Notes: generated by a model not told the origin, from the sequence alone. A DNA stretch of 64,000 bases from Octopus sinensis (GCF_006345805.1 NC_042998.1:68696001-68760000), one strand, 5' to 3'. Counted from the stretch's first letter, positions 12,640-27,075 are shown. Numbers and translations are program-made.

Positions 12640-13620
12640 AAAATATTAGCAGTGCTATACTATATAAAATGCCAACATCCTGTAGGATATAGGAAACATA
12701 ATAAAACATAAGGAAACTTAATAAGAAAAATATCAGGAAGACAATAAAAAACATTAGAAATATAAACCATATCCGAATTATATTAGAAAGAACATCCAGC
12801 TACTGCAGGTTAGGGGAAACACTTATATGTTAGATAAAAATAACCTATTATTGGGGATGTAATAATGGACTCCATATGGTGTAAATTATCGAAAGCGTAG
12901 ACGGAGAATAGGACGGGAAGAGCATAATTTTAGTCCACACGCGGTGGGGTACGTTGGATGTAGGTTCTGACAAATGTTCTCTAAATGGACTAAACAGTGA
13001 TTTACTTTGAGGGAATCAGGATTTTAGGATCGGTATTAAAAGTTCCAGGTCCTAAGGTTTAAGACAAAGAAGATAAGGTAGTCCCCGAGGGGAAATGTTG
13101 AAGCACGTGAAATTTTCCCTTAAGTCCTATTGTATTTATGCGGATTTCTTATGAAAATGTATTTACGTTTGCCAACATGATTATCCCTGGTGTTTATGAT
13201 TTCGGGTGCCTCCATGGAGCACAGGTTGCACTCGCCACCTCCGCCCATATAAGGTGAAGCAGTTCTCACCACAGATCAAAAGATTCCGTATGGTCTTTTA
13301 CCAGAATTTCAAGTCCCATACCAGTTCTGCCAGAGATGTAAATTTGTGCTTAGTCGGGTTCTTAAAAGACTGGACACAGAACAAAAATCTCCGCTTAAAC
13401 TGAGATGATGTGACTCCTATATAATGAAAGGCTTCTGTATTAGTCGAAACAGTGCCCTTATAAATTATGGTCTTTCTACGGCACTGATTAACTGCCGGGC
13501 ATTTAGAAAGGATTTTACATGGAATGTGGGGTAACTCATCGGACGGAATTTCATTAAGTCTCCAGTTCCACCTAAGTTCTGCGCCAACGACTGTATGATG
13601 GAGTACGATAATTTAACAGT
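12640..13620 (-). mobile_element. Penelope-like element, GIY-YIG endonuclease end (frameshifted)
   Basis: - strand pieces IIYKGTVSTNTEAFHYIGVTSSQFKRR, TSLAELVWDLK and ASPYMGGGGECNLCSME match the PLE C-terminal YIG..F..R and PY...C.LC pattern. Confidence 0.7.
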
Positions 13621-13668
13621 GCATCTGTTAAATATTTTGTGCTATCTACGCGTAAGTGTATGTATGTG

Positions 13669-13752
<84 letters not shown>

Positions 13753-14114
13753 TTATAGAGTTTCAGCTTTGCAGTCTTCAGTAAACAGTAGATAGCCGAA
13801 ACTTCGAATTAACTGTCAACTATACGCTTATAAAAGTATGTTAAATATGTCACTCTACTGACTCATAGAACGATCTTTCAAATTAATGCTTATTCTTTAA
13901 TCTATACAGCTTTACATAAAATGAAACGTTTGTATGTGTGTTTGTATCTATATCACAATATGTATTGAGGAATGAGTGTGTGAGGATATGTGTGCGTGTG
14001 TGCGTGCCTGTACTACAAACCACTTTTAAAGATCTTAATTGGCAAGCGTTTTAAAAGCCAATGATAATTATATAATAGAATATTATACAGAGAGAGAGAA
14101 AGAGAGAAATTATT

Positions 14115-14325
14115 TTACTCGTTTCAGTCATTTGACTGCGGCCATGCTAGAGCACCGCCTTTAGGCGAGCAAATCGCCCCCAGGACTTATACTTTGTAAG
14201 CTTAGTACTTATTCTATCGGTCTCTTTTGTCGAGCTGCTAGGTTACGGGGACGTAAACACACCAACATCGCTTGTGAAACGATGGTGGTGGAGGACAATC
14301 ACAGCCACAAACATATACATATATA
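14115..14325 (-). mobile_element. SINE S1, 3' half
   Basis: Reverse complement of ACGTCCCCGTAAC...GGCGGTGCTC..AGCATGGCCGCAGTCAAATGACTGAAAC. Confidence 0.85.
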
Positions 14326-14349
14326 CATACATTACATAAAAATATTTCT

Positions 14350-14520
14350 ATTTTCTATTTTTTCTATTATTTTCTCTCCCTGTTTATTTCTGTTCCTTTC
14401 TGTCGAAGAGCATAGGCTCGAAACGTAAAAGACTTTCTCACTTCCCGAGCGTTAACCTAATTCATTTGTTTGTTGTTTACACACCCGTCTTCGTCTTTTG
14501 TTTTTTCATAAATTCTCACC
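14350..14520 (+). mobile_element. Penelope-like terminal repeat with HHR-like motif at 14395-14432
   Basis: cttt-CTGTCGA-A-GAGC-atag-GCTC-GAAA-CG-TA-aaag; same family as 9590-9880. Confidence 0.6.
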
Positions 14521-14594
14521 ATGCATATATATACATACACATATATACATACATACACACACACAGACACACACACACACACATACACACACAT

Positions 14595-14631
<37 letters not shown>

Positions 14632-14863
14632 CACGAAGAGCAGACATGCATATTCTAAATATCTTAATTAGTATTAATTTCTTTAACGTAACATATTTTT
14701 TTCAGTTTGTTTTAGGCAGCTTAACCAAGCCCATACTGGAGCAGAACCCTCAAAGTAATAATAATGTTCGATGCATGTTTAAAACTTATTGATTGTTTCG
14801 TCACTTATATTGTGTCGGAACATTATTTGTTACTTTGCTTTTACCGTTTTCTTTCTCTTGTAG

Positions 14864-15042
14864 AATCCGTAGGGTTTTTGGTTATCGTAATCTTGGTCAT
14901 AGAATTGGTTATGAGATTTCAGCCGAGAATTCGACTTCTTCAGTTCTGGTTTAAAGAGAAAAACTTATCTTCGCCATCATCGTCTTCTTCGAATAAACAA
15001 GCTGTTGATTTAAGACGTGAATCGCCTTCATCTTCGTCCAAG
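14864..15042 (+). CDS. Exon B: transmembrane helix and Ser-rich juxtamembrane linker
   Basis: Acceptor tttctttctcttgtag|AA and donor AAG|GTAAAC; 179 nt = 2+59 codons. The phase-1 start matches the exon A end. Reads ESVGFLVIVILVIELVMRFQPRIRLLQFWFKEK...SSSSK, with basic residues after the TM. Confidence 0.8.
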
Positions 15043-15174
15043 GTAAACATAGCCCTCTCATTCAAATTCACTTATTCATTATCATTATAGACATTGCTGT
15101 TGTTGTTGCTGTTGTAATTATTATTGTTGTTGTCGTTGTTGTTGTTGTTGTAGTTGTTATCGTTAGTAGTAGTA

Positions 15175-15390
15175 TTATTAATTCGTCCATCATTGTCGAC
15201 AATGACCAAAGACATTACAAGGGAGAAAAAAACGTGACACGATGTGTTCGGCTGTGGCCAACCAGTCCGATGTGTGCTCGGAAGGGCTCTGTTGCAGGTC
15301 GGGCACTGATAGTCTATTAGGACCAAAGGCAAGGTGTTGGCTCATGCCCCGCATAGTTCGTGTTTTTTTCATGCTCCTTCAATCCTGTTC
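15175..15390 (-). mobile_element. RTE (BovB-like) LINE 3' end
   Basis: YQCPTCNR zinc knuckle and the tail SLVIVDNDGR(I). Confidence 0.7.
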
Positions 15391-16089
15391 TGTTCCTGGT
15401 GGTGGTGGTGGTGGTGGTGGAGGAGGAGGTGGTGATGGTGGTAGGGCAGGGACTGATTTGAACAAAACTCTAAACAAATTCCTTGTTTCGTACTTGTTTT
15501 TGTTTTAGTTGTTTTTGTTGTTATAATATTCGCCACATTCTTCGGGTATTTATTCTGTTATTCCTTTAATCTTTGTATTTTTTTGTTCTTTTATTCTTTA
15601 AACGTGTCTCGGTCGTTTGGGTGCGGCAATGCTGGAGCAACACATTGATTTAGTCGAATAAATTGGACCCGACCCCGGTGCTTATGTGAATACCTGAAAA
15701 GACTAGAGCGGGGAAGAAATTCTAGAAGGTGAGGGTGACGGAAAGGAAGAACCAGGCTTAGAGGATTAGGGAGGTGTGGGGTCGGTGGGGTGAACACAAC
15801 AAGGGTGATGAGAGGAGGAGGAGGAGGAGGAGGAGAAACGACCGAGACGACAATAAAAAAAAGCTTCTTCCCGGGACATATAGACTGATAGGGTCGGTTT
15901 CCGGTTTCCTTGGCGCATATATTCCACCCCACCTGGAGGGGACGCCAATCCGTCACAGTATTGCTCATTTTTGCCAGTTGAGAAAGAATGTCTGAGTGGA
16001 AATAACATAAACCCCACGAATTGTAATACACACACACATATACATGTGCGTGTGTGTGTTTTTGTGTGTGTGCATGTCTATGTATGCAT

Positions 16090-16325
16090 GTCATTGTTCA
16101 GTTTTATGTCAAGAACTCTTGCCAGTAGAGAAGGAGCCGATTTCTAACCTAGATCCAAGGCTCCTTCATTGGAATTTCAACATCAACAACAGGCTATTTT
16201 TGTTTGAATATGTGTATGTATGTATATATCTATGTATGTTATGTATGTATGTATGTATGTATGTATGTATGTATGTATGTATGTATGTATGTATGTATGT
16301 GTATATATATATATATATATATGTG

Positions 16326-16385
<60 letters not shown>

Positions 16386-16850
16386 TGATGTATGTATGTA
16401 TATATATATAAATGTGCAGATTTGTATGTTTTGTTTTTACAGTTCCAGTGATGGATTGGATCTATAGTCTTCGAATTAAGTATGTATGTATGTATGTATG
16501 TATGTATGTCTCTTCTATTTTTAATTATAATAAATCTTCCACCGAGGAGAGAGCGGGTTTCCAACAAAGATACAAGGCTCCATCTTTGGGATGTAGTTAA
16601 CACAGATAAATTCGCATTGGAACTTGAGAAAAGTCTTGCATATTTTTACTGTTCCACTCACAGATTGCAATTGTACTGTACGAATTAGCCGGTCAATTTC
16701 TCTATGTTTCTATGTATGATAAAGAAATAAGAATGAACCCGTGATTTTCTGATCTGTCTATTGTTATTTCTTCACACGGTTATCTCATTGATACATAAAT
16801 GGATTGACAAAATTCTTGGAACAGTCACACATCTGTTTAACTTCGCAAGG
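16090..16850 (-). mobile_element. Two head-to-tail R4/Dong-type LINE 3' ends separated by (CATA)n
   Basis: HREIDRLIRTVQLQSVSGTVKICKTFLKF at about 16620-16710, then a second copy [14 protein letters not shown] with the terminal hairpin GAAGGAGCC...GGCTCCTTC. Confidence 0.8.
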
Positions 16851-16924
16851 ACTGACCTGTTCATTGATTGTGAATATTTATGTATTCTTTCGAGCTCTCT
16901 ATTATCCCATTATAGCCATGTATG

Positions 16925-17000
<76 letters not shown>

Positions 17001-17380
17001 TATGATGGACTCCCTTGTGATAAACGACAAATTAGGGTTCCGTTACTTCTTGCTGAACAACCTGCGAAGATGAGTTGTTTATAAGGATCCAATGTTCGTG
17101 CTGTGCATTAGCTCAATTCCTTCATCAAATCGATATTACCTGAACAGATGCACAGGTGTGCCACGCGTCAGGTGTCGAAGTGATTGCAGAGCGACGTGAG
17201 ATGAAGTGTTTTGTGCAAGAAGACAACGCACGTTTCTCATTTTTTAATCCTTGAAGAGAACTTTTTTCTTGGTTGTCAGTAAGTAATAAATATATTAAGA
17301 ACGTTGACGATTTTAACATCCGTTCGTCCGACATTCTAACAGAAACAACAAATCTTCCACAAATTACATCAAAGGACTAA

Positions 17381-17826
17381 CATGGGGCTGTCAAATTATG
17401 TTGACAACATACTATCACTTTATCGTGCTGCTACTGCATAAATCTCTCTGAGAGATTTAGAAATATATTATTTCTATTTAAAAAATCAGTGAATGTATAT
17501 GTATATATACATATATGTTTTCAAAAGCGGATAGGCACCGACAGCTAGCAAACCATGCTACTCCAGACTGGTGATGAGCAATGACCCTGAAACTAGTCTC
17601 TAGTTGCTAGCTTGGCAGGGTGGAGGAGCTTGTCTCCACTTTGAAAACATAAGGACACAGGAAATGTATCAAGTCCAACAGGAAACAGTGTTTCCTAGGG
17701 CTAAATAACAGTAGAATGTTTCACTTTCATGGGACTGTCACATTAAGTTGACAACATGCTATCATTTTATCGTGCTGCTACCGCATAAATCTCTCTGAGA
17801 GATTTAGAAATATATTGTTTCTATTT
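17381..17826 (+). repeat. Partial tandem repeat, 347-bp period (about 98 bp duplicated), with degenerate HHR-like motif
   Basis: catggggctgtca...atttctatt at 17381 recurs at 17728. GTGATGAG...GAAACTAGTC lies at 17571-17598. Confidence 0.7.
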
Positions 17827-17924
17827 TTAAGGACTGACGCGTTAAATAATGGAACTCTGGCTACATTATATCTAAATATATAGAGATTCGAGAAATTACA
17901 ACTTTTACAATGGATACTGGAGTG

Positions 17925-18250
17925 GCTCATAGGCGCAGGAGTGGTTTATAGGCGCACGAGTGGATGTGTAGTAAGCAGCTTGCTTTATAACCTCATGTTT
18001 CCGGGTTCAGTCCCACTGCGTGCCACTTTGGGCAAGTGTCTTCTACTATAGCCTCGGGCCGACCAAAACCTTAGGAGTGGATTTGGTAGACGGAAATTGA
18101 AAGAAGCCCATCATGTGTGTGTGTGTGTGTGTGTGTGTCTGTGTCTGTGTCTGTGTTTGTCTCCCCAACATCGCTTGATAACCGATACTGATGTGTTTAC
18201 GTTCCCGTAACTTAGCGGTTCCGCAGTCAAATGATTGAAACAAATATAAG
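17925..18250 (+). mobile_element. SINE S1 with duplicated head
   Basis: Repeated gagtgg...ataggcgca start followed by the standard body. Confidence 0.85.
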
Positions 18251-19299
18251 AATAAAAATCTAGAGAGTAAGACATTACTTAAACTTACTTAGAATCATCA
18301 CAGACATCAGATGTAAGGGATAGAAAGAAACAGAATTAGTAAACAAACAATATCATTAAACTAATCATTACGTGGGTCTTAATATGTCAAATCATAAAAA
18401 CAATGCAGATAAAACTTTACTTAGCATCATTTTAGTTTGCACGCAGCCGACATTTGCAATGAAACAAGAAGAATCAAAATGAGAGACTATAGTGTCATGC
18501 GGAGTCAGAACAGAGTTTGTAGCCGCGGAAAGCTCCAACACCCACATTAGATGTTTCTTTTCATCACTTGTTTACAGTAAGTCGACAGAATGAAGGAAAA
18601 TATTTACTATCATTTAGTGAAGTTTTGGCATCTGATAAGCAAGTAATCGATAAATAAATACTCGTGACATTGATCGTACTTTTATCCCAATAATTATGAA
18701 GTTCTATTTAATTAGATGGTTTCAAGAGTCTGAGTTCTTGATATTAAAGTATTGATGTATGCACTTTTACCGTCACATATTTGTAATTAGAATTTCTATC
18801 TATCCGAATACTGTGTGTTCAGATAAATGGAAATACAAAGTCGCAAGAAAAGAAGTATGTAAAATAGTGACACTATAAATCTATGTTATGAGAGAATTTA
18901 TCCATTTACAATAGAAAATAAAACGAAAACTATGCTTTCAGCTTGTCCCGTGGAGGCGACGGACTTAGATTTCGAAGTGAAGAACAAAGATATTCTTTGT
19001 ATTAGGCTAAATGGAGACTTTGAACGACGTCACAAAATTTTAATTGAAAGATTTGCACCGGCTTTTTGTCTGTTTCTTTTTTATATTCTTAATTCGCTCA
19101 GAAAATTGGATAAAGGAAATACAGTTAAGGAAAGAAAAGAAGTATCTAGAAGGTATTTATTGTCATATGCAGCGTGGAATATTAATTAAGTCGTCATTCA
19201 AATTATTTAGCTTGAAGCATTGCAATCGCAGCAATGTCGGACAGAGAAGATAATTGCGTTCAGTTAAATAGAATTTACAATTCGCCTTTCCTTTTGCTC

Positions 19300-19488
19300 T
19301 TTTACTTGTTTCAGACATTTGACTGCCACCATGGTGGAGTACCGCTTTTAGTCGAATAAATCGCCCCCCAGGACTTATTCTTTGCAAGCCTAGTACTTAT
19401 TCTTTTGGGTCTATTTGCGGAACCATTATGTTACAGGGACGTAAACACACTAGCTTCGGTTCTCAAGCGATGTTGGGGAGACAAACAT

Positions 19489-19525
<37 letters not shown>

Positions 19526-19528
19526 ATA

Positions 19529-19562
<34 letters not shown>

Positions 19563-19720
19563 GACTGGCTTGTTTCAGTTTCCGTCTATCAAATCCACAC
19601 AAAAGGCTTTGGTCGGCCCGAGACTATAGTGGAAGACACTTGCCCAAGGTTCCATGCAGTGGAACTGAACCATTTTGTTGGTAAGCAAGCTACATACCAC
19701 ACAGCCACTCTTGCACCTTG
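19300..19720 (-). mobile_element. SINE S1, full length
   Basis: Both halves present, separated by an internal microsatellite. Confidence 0.88.
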
Positions 19721-21315
19721 AAAATGGTAAGACTATTCTGTCTTGATAGTTTTAGCGATGAGTGGTGGCGTTATTGCCGTTCTCAAAAATATTGACAGTT
19801 TTGAGAAATAACTTCGGCTCAATGAATGAGGCCAAGTTTTAGACGCATCAAGCTGGAATTTTATTTTGTTGGTTCAAAGACACATATCGTCCAATTTCAT
19901 TATATATTTGTGAACCTTTACGCACATGTCCGAACTTGTACTTGCTATGGATTCACCCGGGGTGGGTTCAGTCAGCTTCAACCAACGAGTCATATTCTGA
20001 GTTTCAGTGTGAATACATGTTCACATGTAATCCCAGGTCACATGCATACACTTTTGAGTTAGTGTGATCCGTAACAGCTCATCTTGCCGTCAATTATCAA
20101 CCGTTCCAGAAGTTTCGCTGACCCAGACACCTCTGATTAAGGTTCGGGAGACATGCTTTAACAAAAGCTAAAGGAAGTTAAGGGATAACTCACTACCAGT
20201 GGTCCTCCAGCACGCCGGACACCAACCCGAAATAGCAGAGAGCCCGTGTCAGAGCATTTACGTGGCCTCTAACTTGCTAAAAACACGAAAAAATCTTACT
20301 CAACTTACATCATACTATCAAAAAATGAAGGACACGTTACTTAAAGTAAAAAAAAGCATAGCCATCACTCGCAACCAAGTATGGACTAGTAGTATGTACC
20401 ATACCTTCGTAGATTGTTTCAGGTGCCTGTGAGATCACAAGCAGACATAAACCCGCTTACCATTCACCTAGTTGAACATCAATAATGTGACATTTGGTGG
20501 GGGTGAGAGAAGGGGCTATACCAGCATTAGGCTGGCAGGTACTGCCTTTCAGCTAAGTAGAGTGGAGCATTGTGAAATAAAGTGCTTTGCTCCAAGATAT
20601 AACGTGTCGCTTGATCCAGAAATCGAACCCTCGACCTTATGTTCGTGAGCCCAATACCCTTAATCCCAGACCACAGCGTCTAACCAATAAACCACAGAAA
20701 AGCGGTCTATAATTTTCAATGAAAAGCAAAGATTTAAAAGCAAGAGGACAGTAGGACCAAGCCTTATCGAGGAGACCTATGATAAAGAGTGTTCCAGCCG
20801 TGACCGTCCTATCTTCTATTTAGACATTTTGCATCCAAAACTACTTTATGCAATGTATCCTTCCCATTTTTTAAGACGGTGGGAGTATGATTTGAGGGAA
20901 ATCTGTCTGTTATTTCTCGCAACGGCGTAGAATCTTTTTTGTGTTTCAAATGATAATAATTACAGCACTTAATGAATGCGAAAGTATATCATCGAACTGT
21001 CAATCAATTGTAAACATTGGGAATCAGTAATTAACAACTGGTTAGGCAGATCACGTTCTGAAGGAAATGAATATTTTTGTTTTATTTACTGAAATGTAAA
21101 GATGAAGGATTTTCTGGAAAAATATTCCATTACGCTATTTATTTTATTTCGTGGTTTCAGAAAGACAAGTTTCAAATTTTACCATCTTTGTTATTATTTG
21201 GTTTCAAGAAAAATGTTTTGTTATTAATAGGGGTTTTATAATGTTGAAAATGTTTAAAATGTTGAGATGAATGATGAACTGGTTTCGGTTTACGTTAGAG
21301 ACGAGTGTGACGCAA

Positions 21316-21381
<66 letters not shown>

Positions 21382-21851
21382 AAAGATTTTCTTACATTAA
21401 AATTTATCAATTATATAAAATAAATCCTTCGAAAACAGAATGATAAAACCTATAGAAAGAAGTATTTGTATTGTGTTGAACGCTTTTCGCTATTTTCAGC
21501 TTTCCAAGCACACGTGTTTTAAGGTAATCTTTGGTAAAGATATTAACTATAACCGATTTAGTATCGGCTCAGAATTCTTATGAAGTATTCTTCTCTTCCC
21601 TTTCATAGTTGACCATTTTCTTCTTTTATTTTTTTTTAAAGGGAACATTGTGAATTTTCCATTTGCACAAAAGTCTAGAAATTCACATGGAACACATCTA
21701 AGAGATGAATCTTTGATTTGTTGATTATGTACCCTAACCCGATCTATAAATTTTGATACCGTTTGGCCGTTCTCTTTCTCTCTCTCTCTCTCTTCTCCCT
21801 CTCTATCTCTCTCTCTCCCCCTCTCTCTCTCTCTATTTATCTATCGGAAGA

Positions 21852-22225
21852 TATGCGCAGGAGTGGCTGTGTGGTAAGTAGCTTGTTTACCAACCACATG
21901 GTTCTGCGTTCAGTCCCAGTGCATGGCACCTTGGGCAATTGTCTTCTACTATAGCCTCTCGGGCCGACCAAAGCCTTGTGAGTGGATTTTGTAGACGGAA
22001 ACTGAAAGAAGTCAGTCGTATGTATACATATGTGTGTATACATGTGTGTGTGTGTGTGTGTCTGTCTGTATTTGTTCCCTCAACAGCTGGAGCGTTTACG
22101 TCCCCGTAACTTAGCGGTTCTAGGCTTACAAAGAATAAGTTCTGGGGTCAATTTGCTCGACTAAAAAAAGGTGGTGTTCCAGCATGGCCGCAGTCAAATG
22201 ACTGAAACAAATAAAAGAATAAAAG
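21852..22225 (+). mobile_element. SINE S1, full length
   Basis: Head, body and GACTGAAACAA tail. Confidence 0.88.
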
Positions 22226-22344
22226 AAACTATCTATCTAAACGACATGCTCTGTATTTATGCCAGAATAAACTGAATAAGTCCCCGTTATCTTGGAAGAC
22301 ACCATGTTTCTTGGTATTATGTACGTCAATGTGTGATGTAGTAG

Positions 22345-22850
22345 TCGAGGCGCTGCACTCACGATCGCTAGATCATGGGATCGGTTTCCATACCAGGCGG
22401 CTCGTTGCGTTCTTGAGCAGAACACGTCATTTCACATTGCTCCAGTTCACTCAGCTGTAAATGAATAACTCTGAGACGGAATAACCTTCCCATCAGAGGA
22501 AATAATCTTCCGATCAGAGGAATAACCTTCCGATCAGGAGAATTAACCTTCCGATCAGAGGAATAACCTTCTGATAAGGAATAACCTTCTGATCAGAGGA
22601 ATAACCTTCCCATCAGAGGAAATAACCTTCTGATCAGAGGAATAACCTTCTGATTAGAGGAAATAACCTTATGATCAAAGGAATAACTTTCCGATCAGAA
22701 GAAATAACCTTCCGATCAGAGGAAATATTGACCTGCTCGCCAAGCCAGTGGGCGGGTGACGTAATTCGTGAGCCAAAACGATGCAAACGGCATTTGTACA
22801 ACGATGTACAACAACATCCGATAGTCTGGTCGATCACGTGATCACGTGAT
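22345..22850 (+). mobile_element. SINE S3 carrying an internal 12-copy minisatellite
   Basis: The head, CORE-like block and GATCACGTGA tail align with the 48735-49015 copy. Confidence 0.8.
22478..22720 (+). repeat. 20-bp minisatellite, 12 copies (GGAATAACCTTCCGATCAGA)
   Basis: Units counted directly; contiguous, no spacers. Confidence 0.95.
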
Positions 22851-23507
22851 ACACTTCATTGTACATTGTATCGAAACACTGAGAAACACGAACATATCTC
22901 CTTGGAATTCAGAACAATAAATATCTGTGTACACCAGAGGGAAATAAGGAATAAATACACAAAGACAACTAAACGAAAGAATTCGTATTTTGTCACGTAA
23001 TCAGTTAAGACGTGGAATTCTTGTCTTGTAATTATTTTTTTCTGTTTTGCTGTCTTTTGCCAAATTTACCAAAGCGTCTTCAGTTTCAGCTGCATCAGTT
23101 AGAAACCATCTAGGAAGCCTTTATGCGGTCGTACGATGCGCTAGAAATAGCAGTCGAATTACTCTTAAATCTTATACTGTCGTCTTTTATGAAATAGCAT
23201 ATTGAACATGTATGTGTATGTATGTGTGCGTGTTTGCATGCGTGTGTGTGTGCGTGTGTCTGTGTCTGTCTGTTTGTGTGATTACGTCTTATAGATTCGC
23301 ACAACCAAGTGTGACCGTGTATATTATTTAGAATATATCAGGTGTGCAGAATCTTTGGAATGTCTTACAGATTTTGTCTGTGTAGCCGAAAGACTGCATT
23401 TGGGGGATGCGCGTCAGTTTCTTTTGTTCTTTCTTAGGAAATTCTAGCATATCTAGGATTTTAAGCGTTTGTGTGCGTGAGCGTGCAGGGGGGTACGAGT
23501 GAGTGTG

Positions 23508-24776
23508 CGCGTGAGTTTACCCAAAAGTGTCCGGAAACGTTCTCTGTGGGACAAGCCCGTTGTAGTTCAGGTTTCCACCGCTAAAGGCCACTTGAAGCGA
23601 CCCTCAGGCATCAGTCTGCTGATCGGCGTCGTCGTCTAATGTCGTACTGTCACGTGGTGCGTCTTTGTTTTGCAGTACTTTTACCCTGTTCGTCGATTTT
23701 TTGCGATTGCTGAAACGAAGGAACTGCGTGTTTCCGTAAAATTCTGTTTTCTACCGGAGAAAACGGCAGCTGAAACAGTTGTCATGCTTCAAACAGCTTA
23801 CAAAGATGCTGCCATGAGCAAAACACAATATTACGAGTGGTTTCCACGCTTTAGGAATTGTCACTGATCGCTTGAAGACCAATCTTGTATAGGACGACAG
23901 CCGACCTCCCGAACGAATGAAAACATCATGAAAATTCATGAACTGATCTTGGAGGACCGTCACCGAACAATTGACGAAATTCGTTGATATGACTGGTGTG
24001 TCCTGGATCTCCTGCCAACGAATTTTGAGCGAGGAATTGCGAATAAAAAGAGTTGCAGCAGAATTTCTGCCACGCTTGCTCACGGAAGATCAAAAGCAGT
24101 AATTACTGAATGCGTGTCATGAACTGAAAGAACAGTTGAAAGTTCATCTGAACCTTTTTTCAAAGGTCATCGCTTGTGACGAAAGCTTATGTTACGGCTA
24201 CGACCCGGAAACGAAGCAGCAACCAAGTCAACAGAAGCATTCAATGTCAACACGCCCTAAAAAATCGCGTCAAGTGAAATCCAATGTCAAGATGCTGCTG
24301 ATTTGTTTCATCGAAAGGAATTGTCCACACACAATTTTACTTGTCAGTTTTGAAGCGTTTGTGAGACACGATGAGATGGAAAAGTGGAGAGTGGTGGTTT
24401 CATCATGACAATGCGCCTGCGCACACCACTTTGACTGTGAGACAGTTCTTGACCAAAAATGGCATGACCCCGCTTACCCGCCTTTCCTATTCACACGATC
24501 TTGCTCCCGGCAACTTTTTTTCTTTTGATCCTCCGAATGAAAAAGTCCTTAAAGGAGAACGTTTTGTAGATGTGGAAGAGGTGAAGAAAAAACAACGGAG
24601 CGTTAAAAGGCATCACTTTGCAAGCGTTCCAGAACTGCTTCGAATTGTGGGAAACGCATCTGGACCGATTCATTGTTCGAATGGAGAATACTTTGAAGGC
24701 GATAAAAGTGTAACCGTGTAAAACTAAGTGAATAAAATAATAATGCAAAATTCTTGTTTCTTTTGGGTACCCACCT

Positions 24777-24780
<4 letters not shown>
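23508..24780 (+). mobile_element. Near full-length degenerate mariner transposon
   Basis: LRVSVKFCFL.EKTAAETVVML, KVIACDESLCYGYDPETKQQ, WWFHHDNAPAH and YSHDLAP; degenerate TIRs share TACCCAAAAG; terminal TA; multiple frameshifts. Confidence 0.92.
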
Positions 24781-24842
<62 letters not shown>

Positions 24843-25025
24843 GTGTTGTGAATTTATTGAAAGAAATCCCATAAAACAACAATTTTGTTAAAAATGGAGA
24901 TGTTAAAATATATAAGAGAATTTTAATTCATACAGAGGATCGTTTTGTACAGCGATATAAAAATCATGCAAATTTATGGTGGAATAGAATTAAATTAAAT
25001 TGAATTAAGTATATATATGTGTGTG

Positions 25026-25067
<42 letters not shown>

Positions 25068-25765
25068 TGTGTGTGTATGTATGTATGTATGCATGTATGC
25101 ATGTATGCATGTATGTATGCATGCATATATGCATGTATGTATGTAAATGTACATATGTATGTATATTTTTGTTTAACCCTGGGCTTATCCTGATCGACCA
25201 GAGAAATAATCAAAGGTATTCCAACCCATCTTATTTCCTTCTTTCATTCATAATGTCTTTACATTATTTATGTCGTCAGCTAAGAACGTAGGATGTAATT
25301 GGAGTGGCATTTGACTGCTATTTTTAGGAGATTAAAACCAACCACGTAGAGATTCCACGCTGCAAGGAGGAGGAACTGTCAATCAAAATGTTGTGTAATT
25401 AAACATGATAATTACACAACACAAAATATTGTTAATTAACGAGGCCACTAATTGTTTCTTGATGTTATGTTTACTATTGTTGGTTTCGCTGTCGATATTA
25501 TCGTTGTTGTTGTCATTGTTGTTGTTGTTGGGGCAGTTGTGTAATTAACTGTTCTAGCGTTGTTGTTTTTGTTATTGCTGTTGCTGATGTTGGTAGTAGT
25601 GGTCGTGGCGGTGATATTCTAGTTATTGTTGTTGTTGGTAATGGTGGTGGTGATGGTGATGGGTTTGGTGACAACTGGGTCAATGAAGCAGAAGGGTAAA
25701 AGTGAAAACCGGTGTGTTTATAATATATTTTGAATGTGTAGTAATGATTCTTGAAATAAATTTGG

Positions 25766-25819
<54 letters not shown>

Positions 25820-25879
25820 ATATATATATATATAATATATATATATATATGTGTGTGTATATATATATATATGTGTGTG

Positions 25880-25912
<33 letters not shown>

Positions 25913-26146
25913 ATGTATATATATACATATGTATATAGATGTGCATATACGTATATATGCATGTGAGTGTGTTAATGTTTGTTTTTCTGTTCAGTTGTGA
26001 TAAAAACAATTTTACATTAATCTGATGGATTATTCTATGCTTTTAAAGAGTCCAAATGTATAATTCTTAAATAAGAATATTATTAACAGTGACTTCGAAG
26101 TATGTATGTATGTATGTATGTATGTATGTATGTATGTATGTATGAA

Positions 26147-26240
<94 letters not shown>

Positions 26241-26722
26241 CATATATATATACATCTTTGTGAGTGTGTATACGTTACACATATACACATGTATAAAAAT
26301 GTGTGGAGAGACAGAGGGAGACACAGAGAGAGATCCCTGATAATCGAATATATATATGAAGCATTTGAGTACTGGTCACAAAGAAATGGGGAGAACAGCA
26401 TTATCGTAAGGTATTTTAATGGAGGCCACATGAATTTTTAGAAACCCTAGAATACTGCTACAGCAACTTTGATCCTAAATCTGTTGCATATCAGGGTAGA
26501 CCTAGGGTTAAGCAACAACAATAGCAACAACACCAGAATACACTTGAGCAAATTAATCATGTTGTCGCTTAAACGATGTAAATGTATTTATAAGGTGCTC
26601 GACTTAATAGAAATAACAGGCAATTCCCATCAAATCAAACTCGATACCTAGTATCAAATTGTATTTTGATAATTTAAATCACGTCTAAAGCATTTCATTA
26701 TGTAGACGCATATCTGCCAATA

Positions 26723-26800
<78 letters not shown>

Positions 26801-27013
26801 TATATATATATATATATATATACACATACATATAAATATACATACATATATATTAGTCATTATTCGGTAAAACCTTATAATTCTGTTTACAAAATTTTTA
26901 CTCGTCACCGTTTTTAACTTATGCAAAATAAATATATATACTTACGTATATAATATATAATCTCATATGTATTGACACATATATTATGCATATATATATA
27001 TATATATATATGC

Positions 27014-27075
<62 letters not shown>

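Noticed and set aside
18932-19189. 85-aa ORF as an extra exon in intron B-C
   Set aside because: Its weak acceptor gives phase 1, but exon B ends in phase 0, and the phase-0 reading hits a stop after 8 codons.
22478-22720. CRISPR-like appearance of regular 20-bp repeats
   Set aside because: No unique spacers, no cas genes, eukaryotic context; the motif derives from a SINE.
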